A stretch of 25,968 nt of DNA from a virus (Duplodnaviria > Caudoviricetes), in the IMG/VR virus record IMGVR_UViG_3300046779_000479, positions 1 to 25,968 of that record. One strand, 5' to 3'. The position numbers and the translations under genes are program-made. Below the pieces are notes generated by a model. That model was not told where the DNA came from. It did not search any database and worked only from the letters and a program-made list of their open reading frames with translations. Positions 1 to 11,000 of the stretch are shown piece by piece (the first letter of the stretch is position 1; each line of letters opens with the position of its first letter).

Positions 1-3000
1 TCTTTTATCTTCATCAATATATTTTATACCATCTGAAAAAGTATAATTAATTTTTACAATGTCACCAAGTTGTAGATGTGGCGTTGCAAATGTATCTATT
101 TCTAAAACTTTTCTTGGTTTTATAGTTTTATCAACAATCCAAGACATTACATCCATTGCGGAATCTTCATTTTGAATATATGGAGAATCTAAAGAAAATG
201 ATTTAATTCCATATATGGATCTACTATTTTTTACATCTTGATAAACTTTATCAGCTCTTTCTGGCGATTTAATAACTGTATCTTTAATAAATGGATCAGA
301 GAGGTTTGATATTTGCTTAAAGTAATCATCTACCTTTAATACATTTGAAATATTCTGTGTAAACGTTATTCCAGCAATCATAATCTTATTTGCAGAACTA
401 TCCCCAAGGTCAATTGCTTTATCTGTTGAGTTAAAAATTAAAAATTCTGCACCATAGGCGTTAGGCAAAAACCCAGATATTACATATGTTTTCTCAGCAT
501 TAAATGGAGGAATAATTCTTGACCTTAATGCAGGATATGCTTGGTCATATTTAATATTAAAATATGCACATTCACGCATAATTGTTCCAAACTCTTCAAA
601 ATATATCTTGTAGTCTGATGGCTTTTCTGTTCCAATTGAAGATAGGTATGTTGACTGAACAATACTAGACAAGGCATATTTTCTTAAAGCTTCAGAAAGC
701 GATATGTTGTTGTTAGCAATTGTTGACACAAGACTGCTTGATACTTGATTTTTATTAGCATCTGTTGACGAAATTATAGAAACATTTTGCCTTTGATCAA
801 TACTACTTTTTAGTGCATAAATATTTTCAAACATACAGGTTGTAGAGCCTCTTACAAAAAGACATGTTGTAAAACTTGGATTTGACACTATAGACTCTAA
901 TGGATTATTGTCTGTCACAGTTGCAATTAAAGAATTATTTAAATAAAGATAAAATCTTACAGAATTACCAATTATTTGATGCTCAATTCCAAGATCATAT
1001 ACAGTTGGTTTATCTTGTGCAGCAAGTCTATCCATTCCTGTAAATGCTCCAGAATCGACTAGTACTGACGCTTCTGCCCCCCACAACTTTACTGGAATTG
1101 CAATATTTTCTTTACCTGTATTCGTTACCGTAACACTTGCACTATTAACATATGTGGTCTCCATGGTTCTTGGCAGTACTTTATAAAAAATTATATTATC
1201 TAATACCTGTTCTGCATTGATTTTATCGTCTTTAAAAAGATCTAAAAAGTCTTTAGTCAGCGAACATATTTCAAAATAGTATCCAGAATTTGTATTCTTA
1301 TCTACAAAGTATCCTATTCCACCAGATCCACCAGCTAGTGAAGTTTGACCACTCTTTGTATTTACAGCACCATAATATTCTGTCGCACCTTGTATAGACT
1401 GTGTTGAGTCATCAATTCTTTTTCCAACAATTCTCATTCTTGTTCCAACGTGCTTATAGTCATTTGTAAGATCTTTATAAATATAAGAAACAATATCTCT
1501 AGGACCAGTATTTTCAAGACCAGATGGTGGTACTGCTGGAATTGGAGAAGGACCTTCAAATAATAAAGCTGAAAGCTGTACAGTTGGCGACTTCGTTTGA
1601 TTTAACGTACTTCCAATATTTTCTGCCCTAACAACTTTTTTCATAAAGTTTGCTATTTTTCCAGAAACTTTTGTATTAGACAAAGACTTTTCATCAGTAC
1701 CTAATGGTAGTGTTGGCGATTCTGAAACAATTGGCGGATACTCAATATTTTCTGTAGACTTTGCACTAAATAAATATGAAGAGTCCATTCTAAAAGATCT
1801 TCTATTTACAACATCTTCCCAGTAAGAATTAAGACCAGCATGGTGTGTTACAACCTCTGTGCCAAATTGACCTCTACCATGTGATTTAACTTGACCATTT
1901 TTATAAACTACACCAATTTCTAAGTCGCTCAAATCTGCAGAAGGTTGCTCTTCGTAAAAAGGCTCTACATAAATTCTAAGATTTCCAGTTGGGAATATCT
2001 TTCCATTAAATGGTAGTTTAGATAGATATTTTTGGTACTCATTATTATTTGTAATCCATACATTTCCAACTCCAGATACCGTATATTCTTGTGCATCATA
2101 TCTAATAATTTCACCATTTGCGTATAAGTATCCTTGGAACCTTGGCAACCAAATTTGAGACTCGCCAATATCAATAATGTTATTCTTAATTGTATTATTT
2201 TCTACATATGGAACAGAAGCAGATAGTGTTGAATTTAGTGTAACAGCTCCGAGTTGGTATCCAGTCTTTCCAGTTGGCTGATTGATAGTTCTTAACTCAT
2301 CTTGATCTCCAGCCTCCCATAAAACTGAAGACTTATAGCCATATGTTCTACTTTCTAAATCTAGTTGGGCTTGTTCTAATCTGCTTACATCTCTTTCAAT
2401 GTATCTCGTAGTATAGTTAATTTGTCCATCATTAACAATAGCAGTTTCTACGCTTGAGATAGACTCAATGTTTGGCAGTTTTGTACCAGTTTTTTGTCCA
2501 TACAGCGTTATTAATCTTTCAGATATCGCAACATTGTCATCTCTTACCTTTGAGCTTGGCATTAAATATTCTTTTGGCATTACAACAAAATTGTTATATT
2601 CGTCAAAAAACATTGCTGTTTGTGTAGATTGTGCAAGTTTTTGCAATATATCTGCAACAGAAACATCTGGTTCAACAAAGAAAAATGGAATTATTGGATC
2701 ATTTGCACTATCAATTCCTTTAAATACATAATTGCTAAAACCAATATTATCAAGCAACAACGATACAGCCATTGTTAGAGTACAATTTTGTAAAAATATT
2801 TGGGCTGCATCAGAAGTTTCAAGAATGAAAAACGCATCTCTTAAATTTAAACTAATGTCTTCCATTCCGCTTGTTCCAAACATAGAATCTTCCGAGTAAA
2901 GAGTTTTCAAAGGAACAAACTTATCATACCCATTAACATCTAGTACTGATTCGTAAAAGTCAAATTTTACATGTGGCTTTAATATTCCTGAAATTATACT

Positions 3001-4419
3001 GCCAGTCTTTAAATCTTTATTGTATGTATTATATTCTAGGAAAGCTAAGTCATGGTTTGATAACGATATGTTTCCAGTTGAAGCAACAATTCCACCAACT
3101 GGCAAGGTATAATCGGTTGCTGATATATTTTTCATAACTTCAAAATTTATTACATAGTCAGTAATGTCTACCTTTAATCTAGGAGACATTTCAATTAAGT
3201 CAAATGGCTTTTGTTTTGCAGTCATTGTATCTACTACGACTCTCAAGCCTTTAATAAAAGAAAACTCTCTATATATTGTTTTTCCATTATCTATAAAATA
3301 TTCAGGATTTACAATTTTTGAAACTAACCCCATTCTCTTTGTATCATCATCTTCAAGTAGAGAAAAACCATAAGATACATCTTTTATATCCCAGTCATTA
3401 TTTTCTAAGTTCCATACATAAAGATCTCCAGCATCTTCTAGTGATGACCCTAGAACATAAGCCTCTCCATCTCTTGCTACAACTGGAAGTTGTACAGACG
3501 AACTAATATAATTAATAAATCTAAAAGAATCTCTATACTCTTCTGGTACTTTTATTCCATAGTAAAGCTCTACATACCCATCCCATTTAACAATATCTGT
3601 TCCATCTTTTCTTCTAGAATTTTCGTCAAACGATATTGCATCTACCCAATTATTATCTTCATCAAGGTATTGAACTCTCCATCTCTTTGGAATGCTTGAC
3701 CTTGTTCTATCTGATAAAGGATCATTAATTATTTCATTTTCTTGTCTTATTGTAGAGTCAACTACTGGACTTCTATCTAAACCAAGAACATCACTATCTG
3801 ATAAATTAGTTTGCATTTTAATAACAATTCTATTTGCAGATACTTCATTTTTATAAACAATGAAAGGTGCAACATCGTTTATTTGATATCCAATATCTGT
3901 AGTAGCAGACTTTGGTAACTGTGAAGATATTCCATACTCTACTCCATCTTCTTTTCTATAAGATGTCCAATATTTAAATTGATCTTGTCTAGAAGAAAAA
4001 TAATATCTTGGTCTTCTTGCAGACCTAATGCTATCTACATAATTTCCTTCAAAATACAACATTTTATTAATTCCAGAACGTGGTCTAAACGGATTAAAAC
4101 AGTCCCTTAGCGAGTAATACAACTCTCTTTCTTGCTCTTTTGTTAAAAATATTAATGGCTCTGCTGGATTATCTGTTCTATATTTAGAAATGCTATGAGA
4201 CTCTAACGCATTTGTATAAAAATTTCCAGAGTCTGTTTCATCATAAGTTGGCATTAAGTTTCTATAAACTACACTAGATGATTCTGGTCTATATCTATAA
4301 TTACCATAGTCTTTTATATTTAATAAATCATTTTGATTCCATTCTGAAATTACTAAAGATTCAACCTTTACGGTATTATTAGTTTCTAGATGTTCAATTA
4401 AATCTTCATCAACAAACAT
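1..4419 (-). CDS. Large minor tail / tail-tip (baseplate hub-like) protein, at least 1473 aa, 3' end beyond the left window edge
   Basis: Not in the ORF track. The ATG at 4417-4419 overlaps the upstream stop (TAATG) and reads MFVDEDLIEHLETNNTVKVESLVISEWNQND. The same frame is open where spot-checked (~2220, ~1140) and at base 1 (...KPRKVLEIDTFATPHLQLGDIVKINYTFSDGIKYIDEDKR). The track lists no stop-terminated ORF from this start, which fits an uninterrupted frame. The P.LQLGD.V motif and the position after TMP and Dit are typical of siphophage tail-tip proteins. Confidence 0.85.
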   Translation of the reverse strand, partial: MFVDEDLIEHLETNNTVKVESLVISEWNQNDLLNIKDYGNYRYRPESSSVVYRNLMPTYDETDSGNFYTNALESHSISKYRTDNPAEPLIFLTKEQERELYYSLRDCFNPFRPRSGINKMLYFEGNYVDSIRSARRPRYYFSSRQDQFKYWTSYRKEDGVEYGISSQLPKSATTDIGYQINDVAPFIVYKNEVSANRIVIKMQTNLSDSDVLGLDRSPVVDSTIRQENEIINDPLSDRTRSSIPKRWRVQYLDEDNNWVDAISFDENSRRKDGTDIVKWDGYVELYYGIKVPEEYRDSFRFINYISSSVQLPVVARDGEAYVLGSSLEDAGDLYVWNLENNDWDIKDVSYGFSLLEDDDTKRMGLVSKIVNPEYFIDNGKTIYREFSFIKGLRVVVDTMTAKQKPFDLIEMSPRLKVDITDYVINFEVMKNISATDYTLPVGGIVASTGNISLSNHDLAFLEYNTYNKDLKTGSIISGILKPHVKFDFYESVLDVNGYDKFVPLKTLYSEDSMFGTSGMEDISLNLRDAFFILETSDAAQIFLQNCTLTMAVSLLLDNIGFSNYVFKGIDSANDPIIPFFFVEPDVSVADILQKLAQSTQTAMFFDEYNNFVVMPKEYLMPSSKVRDDNVAISERLITLYGQKTGTKLPNIESISSVETAIVNDGQINYTTRYIERDVSRLEQAQLDLESRTYGYKSSVLWEAGDQDELRTINQPTGKTGYQLGAVTLNSTLSASVPYVENNTIKNNIIDIGESQIWLPRFQGYLYANGEIIRYDAQEYTVSGVGNVWITNNNEYQKYLSKLPFNGKIFPTGNLRIYVEPFYEEQPSADLSDLEIGVVYKNGQVKSHGRGQFGTEVVTHHAGLNSYWEDVVNRRSFRMDSSYLFSAKSTENIEYPPIVSESPTLPLGTDEKSLSNTKVSGKIANFMKKVVRAENIGSTLNQTKSPTVQLSALLFEGPSPIPAVPPSGLENTGPRDIVSYIYKDLTNDYKHVGTRMRIVGKRIDDSTQSIQGATEYYGAVNTKSGQTSLAGGSGGIGYFVDKNTNSGYYFEICSLTKDFLDLFKDDKINAEQVLDNIIFYKVLPRTMETTYVNSASVTVTNTGKENIAIPVKLWGAEASVLVDSGAFTGMDRLAAQDKPTVYDLGIEHQIIGNSVRFYLYLNNSLIATVTDNNPLESIVSNPSFTTCLFVRGSTTCMFENIYALKSSIDQRQNVSIISSTDANKNQVSSSLVSTIANNNISLSEALRKYALSSIVQSTYLSSIGTEKPSDYKIYFEEFGTIMRECAYFNIKYDQAYPALRSRIIPPFNAEKTYVISGFLPNAYGAEFLIFNSTDKAIDLGDSSANKIMIAGITFTQNISNVLKVDDYFKQISNLSDPFIKDTVIKSPERADKVYQDVKNSRSIYGIKSFSLDSPYIQNEDSAMDVMSWIVDKTIKPRKVLEIDTFATPHLQLGDIVKINYTFSDGIKYIDEDKR

Positions 4420-5006
4420 TATACTTCCTCAAGACTTAAAGATACGTTCCAAAGATCGTGGTTTTCCATTCCTCTTTTAATTACATTATACTCAAACGAT
4501 GAAAAATATACTTCAAGAACTTCTGCGTATTTATTTAAATTAAAATATGGATTGACAGTAAATTCTAGTGGCTTATCATATGATAAAAATGCATAAAATG
4601 ATCCAGGGTTGTTTTCATACCAGTCTAGCAACTCAGAGCCACCAGCACCACCGTCTACTGTATACTCATTTAAATCTAATACATATTGACCACTTGAAGA
4701 AAATGATTGTCCTTGACTAAATGATCTAGATGGTAGGTTATTCCAGGATACAGACATTCCTAATTTATCAGCAAGGTGGTAGGACCTCATATGTGCATTA
4801 GCCATTCTTTTTCTATTTTCAATTCGATTTGTTGAAAATGAAATTTCTGATCTATTATGGTCTGAAAGAATTATAAAGTCTTCGCCTTCAGTTCCAGATA
4901 TTTGTGGAACACCATTTAAAATTCCTTCTGAATTATTGGAAAAGATAATAGCCTGTGGTCTTGTATATTTCTTTCTACCACTAAAGTATGCGTCACTAAG
5001 AACCAT
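4419..5006 (-). CDS. Putative distal tail (Dit-like) / minor tail protein, 195 aa
   Basis: The track gives 4419..5030, but the ATG at 5006 has an AGGAG Shine-Dalgarno (AGGAGTAGAAGATATG). It lies directly after the TMP gene and ends WNVSLSLEEV, a typical beta-strand terminus. Function is inferred from gene order. Confidence 0.7.
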   Translation of the reverse strand: MVLSDAYFSGRKKYTRPQAIIFSNNSEGILNGVPQISGTEGEDFIILSDHNRSEISFSTNRIENRKRMANAHMRSYHLADKLGMSVSWNNLPSRSFSQGQSFSSSGQYVLDLNEYTVDGGAGGSELLDWYENNPGSFYAFLSYDKPLEFTVNPYFNLNKYAEVLEVYFSSFEYNVIKRGMENHDLWNVSLSLEEV

Positions 5007-8000
5007 ATCTTCTACTCCTAATTGTTCCACTGTTTGATGCTGAAAGCTTATTCATTACCACATTTGCTATTTCATCTGCAGATGTACTTGTTCCAGCAAC
5101 ATTGACATTTATTGTATATGTATCATTATACACTGTTGAGGAAACTGATGTTCCTGTAGAAACAGTACCAAAGTCACTTGATGGAACAGAGTATCTAGGG
5201 GCATTTAATGTTGGATATATATCATTATTTAAAGATTCAAGAAGTGGCATATTTTGTTGTGCAACTGACTTTCTTACAACAAATTCTCCAGGAGTCAGTA
5301 GTGATCTAACTCTATCAGTATTTCCAGATCCTCCAACTGCTCCTCCAGAAGCGTACTTCTTTACCTGTCCGCCATACATAAACTTCATATCGAATCCATA
5401 TGCGTCTGCTAGTGACTGTGCTTCTGAAATTAATGATGCTAATTCTGACTTTTCAGACTTTGAAAGCTTACTCTTATTTTTCTTAAGGTAACTAATGGCT
5501 TTCTTTTCTTCTAGAAGATACATTTTTGCTTGTACCCTTTCTAGCTTTTCTGCATTTGCAAGTCTTTCTGTTTCAATTTTGTAAAGAGCATCTTGATTAG
5601 CTCTCATCTTTAATTCACGAGATTCAATTCTTTTTTCAATTTCTTCCCTTGTTAAAAGTTGACCATTAATTTCAATAGAAATATTCTTAAGGGCATTTTG
5701 ATGTGCTTCTTCAAGTCCTGCTCTTGTATCAGCAATTGCATTTGCAGTATTTTGTGCTTGAATTTCATTCATTGCAGCAGCTGCAGCACCAATATTTCCA
5801 GATGCTAGAGCTTGAGCAAGATTAATTCTTGAATCTTCTTGCTGCTTAATTCTATCATTTGCCTGTTCAATTTTATCAAGGGCTTCCAATCTAGCATCGT
5901 ATGCTTTATTAACAGCATCTTCTTTCTTTGAAATTTCTTCAATTCCTCTACGATCTAGTTCATTTTGACGCTCTAATTGTCTATTTACCTTTTCATACTT
6001 TGATGCTTCTAAATCTAATCTCTTTGAAACAAGATCAAATCTATCCATAAGATTTTTCTTCATTTCTGCCAATTTGTTCTTTCCAGAACCTCCGCCACCA
6101 CCAGATGATCCATCTAATGCATTAAGATCAACATTCTGTGCTTTGTTTCCAGAACCAGCAATATTTTTAATTTGAGTTCCTAGTGTTGCGTCTAATTGTC
6201 TAAGGTCTCTTGCAACTTCACCTGGATCAGTCACTCTATCTTTTACAATTGATGCACGATATGTTGTATACATATCAATATGCTTCATAATCAATGATTT
6301 TTCAATATCATCTAGATTTGCAAATGTATTATAGTTAACTCCAAATTGCTTGAATGTTGCAGTAAATTTATCATTGGCAATAAAATCTTTAACAATATCT
6401 GGATTATCTTCTATTTCTTTTGCTTTATCAATAATATCTTGCATTTGTTCTGGGGCATTAGAACTATTAAAGTTAAACTTTGATTCAATATCTGGTATTG
6501 TTCTCATCAGTTGTAAATTTTCTGTTGCAGCATTTAATTCTTCTGGGGTTAAATCTCCAGACCATGTTGCAACAATTGATACATCTGCAATTGAAAGCTC
6601 TCCAGAAAGTAGTTTGCCAAATGAGGAGCCTCCAATCTTATTCAATCCTTCCATAGTTTTCTTAACAAATTCATCAGTTGAACCTGGAAGCTCTTCAAGC
6701 ATTGTCTTTACATTTTTTGATTGTGCTTGGATAACATCATAAGCAGCTTGTTGTTGTTCTGTTCTACTTGTCATTCCAACCATTCTGCCAGTATTTCCAC
6801 CACCAGCTGCTGTACCTGTTATCTTAGTTCCCTTAGAGGCTTCTACTAAATCATTGTAGCTTTGGAATCCAAGGGACTTTGCTATTGCGTCTTGGCTACC
6901 TGCTCCAGCAGTAGTTATTTCTCCTCTCTTTTTGCTAAACTCTTCAAGGCTTATTGATCCTTGCTGATATGCCAGATTTAAAAGCTCTAACGCATTTGCT
7001 TCATTTTTATATCCAGTTGCCAATTCTGTAGATACTTGATTGATCTCATAACTTTTCTTAAAATCTTCTGCCCCACCAGTAAATAATTTTACAAACTTTT
7101 GACCAACATTTAGTTTTTCATAGGCTGCCTGTGCATCTGATGCCAATTTAGTGGCATTAATTTTAGGGCTAATTTCTGTAGTAATTGTAGATAGATTTTT
7201 AAGAATATCCTTTCCATCTGGACCTAATAATTGATTTAATTCTCCAGCTACAGATACAGCAATATTTTGATCTCCAATTGCTTTTCCAACTTCTACTGCT
7301 ATTGCATTTGCCTCTTCTACTCCAATAGCACCAGAAATTATTCCTGCAGAAAGCTGATTTCTTAATGCTTCAATTGGGTTTCCGCCACCAGATCTTACGA
7401 TTCCAATATCCTTTATTAACTGCTTTCCAGCATCTGATTGAATAAAACCTGTACCAGCTTGTTGTGCTTCTTGAGAAATTGGTGTACCAGAAGCCTTTTC
7501 TACTGCTGCAATTCTTGCTTGTTGAGCAAATGTTTGATTTCCAAAAAATTCAGCCATATTTTCTGCTGATTTTGCTGTTCCATACATTGCCTTAGTAAAG
7601 TCGCTACCAGCATCTTGTGCCTTATTAACTTGTTGATTTAATTTGTATGCTGCAAATCCTAGAGCAACAAATGCTCCAGTTGTTCCAAGCATTGCTGGAC
7701 CAAACTTTGTAAGCATCTGTGTTCCAATCTTTTTAGCAGGACCAATTAAATATGGACCAATCATACTTGCTGCCATCATTAATGGATCTCCAGACATCAT
7801 TCCAGCTGTTGTAATACCTGCTTGTGCAACATTTTGTACCTTTTTATTTTTTAATGCTGCACCAGCCTTTGCAACAATTCCGCCAATTCCATAGGCTTGT
7901 ACGTCTCCATTATTAATTGCTTGAAGAACGCCTTTATTTTTTCTAGCTGCATCTTTATTAATAACAAACTCTCCAGGAGTAAGCATTGCTGGAACAGTAT

Positions 8001-11000
8001 CTTTGTTTCCAGAACCTGCTACAGTTCCTCCTGAATTATATCCAAATCTTGGGAATATTTCTAATATTGCTTCTTTTTCTGCTTGTGCAACAAGTCTTGC
8101 AAAACCGTCTTCGCCAACCATAGTATCAGCACCACTCATTGCCTTATTTACCTTAGAGGCAGCTCTTCTTGAAACTGCTCTAACAAGTTGGGTTGGCAAC
8201 TTTGAGCCATCTGGCATTGTAAGTTGTCCTAGATGAGAAGATGTTGTTAGCAGGTCTCTTCCAGATATTGGAGACCAGTTAGCTCTAGATCCAGTACCTC
8301 TCTCTAGTGCCTTATTAAAATCTTCTAAAATTACTACTAAGTTATTTGGAAGAATGTCAATTTCTCTTTGACCCATTTTTTCTAGTTTTGCTAGTTCTGC
8401 TTCACCATACAAGCCTTGTTGTGAAAGTTGTGATGCAGAAGACCTTGGTGAAGATCCTCTCTTTCCTCTAAGACCAAGTTGTCTTAAATTAAATCCACTT
8501 CCATAAAGATGTCCAGCTATAAAACCAGAGTTAGACGCTGTTCTTGATATAAGTTCCTCTCTTGCGTCCTTGCCCCAAACTCTTTCATACTCTCTTAATC
8601 CAGGACCAGTTAGAGATCCTCTTACACCAGAATATGGGGTGGTTACACCTGATTCTGCAATTCTTCTTGTGCTTCGTCTGTCTCTTACTCTAATTCCTCC
8701 AGAACGGCTTTGTTGCCCTCTTAGAGATCTTAGTGCAAAAATTGCTAGTTGACTTACTCCACCTCTTGCTCTTGAACTTGAAGGTGTTTGCGAACTTCTT
8801 GTACTTTCTCCAAATCCAAACAGTGACAGAGCCTGTCCCATCTTTGAGAAGTTTACATCTCTAACTCCACCATTAAAACCTGGAAGTTTTCCACTATTCA
8901 TAGCATCAATTAGTGGACCATATTTTTGAGTTGCCTGTTTTGTTATTACAGATTCTCCAGGGGTTAGCATTGCAGGAACTGTATCTGTATTTCCAACTCC
9001 TGGAACTAGTCCTCCCTTATTCCTTTTAATTCCTTTTCCTTTGCCTTTTCCAGCACCCTTTGCAATATTTGCCGATGCTCCAGGTGTAGTAAATGATGCA
9101 AATCCTGATGCTGCTGTCTGTGCTGCAATTAACTTTTCATATACAACAGTTAATGCGTTAACTGCTCCTGTTGCTGCTGATGCTGCTGTTGCCTGTTCAA
9201 GGAAAGCTAAGTTTACTGCTTGAGATGCTCCAGCAAGTTGTTGTGCTGCATTTGCTGCATCAAGTTCTGCTAGACTAAAATATTTAGAAGATTGTGTCAA
9301 TGCCTTAATTGCACCAATTGGTCCACCTGTAATAAACCCTTTTGAAAATGCTCCAAATCCTTGAATAATTTTTGCAAGTGTACCAGTTAAGTTTAGTAAT
9401 AGACCAAGTAGCATGGTTCCAGCAGGAATTACTACGCCAGTAATTACAGTTGCAATAGCAATAAATTGTTTCTTTCCATCTGAAAGCTGATTAAAGTTTT
9501 CTAATATTCTTGTAACAAAATTAACAATTGGAATTGCAGTCTTGACAAATATTTCACCAATAGGTGCTATTGCTAATTTAAATCTTTCAACTGCTGCTGT
9601 TAATTGAACACCAAAAGATTCTTCAATTGTTTTTAACTCTTTGTCTGCAGTCTTACCAAGTTGTTCTGTTGAATAACCCATCGTTGCAATTACTTGTTGA
9701 GCCTGAGATCCCTGTCTTGAAATATTGTCAAACAGTGCTCCAAGTTTTGCATATTGGAACTTGCCAAAAACTTGCTCCAAAGATTGCTGTCTTTGGAATT
9801 GATCAAGATTTTGTAGAGCCTGTGAGAATGCCATAACGGTTCCCATAAGGTCTCCTCGATTAGCTTGAATTATTGAGTCAAGATTTATTCCAAATCCACC
9901 GAGCATTTCTTTTGCTGCTTTTGTTGGATTAATTAATGATGCAAGACCAGACTTTAAAGCGTTAGCACCTTCTGCTGCATCTACGCCACCTTCTTGCATA
10001 GCAGCAAGAAATACTGTCAAGTCTTTTACGTCTCCACCAAGACCTTGAATTACTGGTGCAACACGAGGAATTGCAGCAGCAATGTCTTGCAACGAAACAA
10101 CTGTTTGGTTTTCAACCATATTTAAGAAGTTAATAGTGTCTGCAAGATCTTTTCCAGATAATCTAAAAGCAGACTGCAAAGATATAGTTGTTTCAAGTGC
10201 TGCATTTTGATCCATTTGACCAAGCGTTGCCAGTCTTGTTGCTTGTGCAACAGCGTCTGTTAAGTCAGCATTTTTTCTACCTGCTGCAGCAGCTTGGGCA
10301 GCAAGACCAATTGTATCTTTTACAGCAATACCATATTTTGTATATTCTTTTCCAAGATCTGTTACTGCCTGTAAGTTCTTTTCTACTTCTGCTGGAGTTG
10401 TAAAAATATCTCCATAGACCTTTTTAAAAGAAACTGCTTGTCTTTCTAATTCCATAAATGTTTTACCAGCAGTATTACCAAAAATAGTTAACGGAACTGT
10501 AAAACCAACCATAAGCTGACGACCAGCCCATTGAACATTTTTACCAAAATTAATGAGCTGTGTCGTACCTTGCTTAAACATGGACGATAATATTTCTGCT
10601 CTTTGAGAAGCAATTGCAGTTTCTGAAGAAAACGCAGCAAGTGGTCTAATTGCAAGTGCATCTTGCATTCCTTTTGAAGCCCCAGCAGTTGCAATAAATT
10701 GGGTTTGCATTGCCTTTGCACGTTCAGCAGCGAGACCCATTACTTCTGCTGCTACAGCACTATCTTTATTAAATTTTGCACTAAAGAACTGACCAAGACT
10801 TACTTTGCCCTTGCTTAGATTTTTATCAAGAGTTGCTGCAGCCGTTGAAAGCTTAATTGTTTCAGCAGTAAAAAGACCAGTCTTGTCAACTGCCAACTTA
10901 AGTTGATTTGCATAATCTTGAGCAAATATGGCTTGATTCTTGTTTTGCTTTGATAAAGCCACGTTAAAGGCATTTATCTGCTGTTGAAGTTGCTTGAGGG

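Noticed and set aside
1965-3699. Five small track ORFs (1965..2174 -, 2468..2731 +, 3164..3373 +, 3318..3506 +, 3490..3699 +)
   Set aside because: All lie within the long minus-strand tail gene, have no recognisable motifs, and are best explained as off-frame or antisense shadows.
8044-8865. TMP insert as an intein or intron-encoded homing endonuclease
   Set aside because: There is no Cys/Ser start with a His-Asn end plus Cys/Ser/Thr junction, no LAGLIDADG motif, and the frame is continuous. The insert is bounded by TMP repeat modules rather than splice motifs.
5102-10721. Plus-strand and off-frame ORFs inside the tape measure gene
   Set aside because: Most are in-register antisense frames, which stay open easily opposite biased coding sequence. 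I saw no supporting promoter or protein features.
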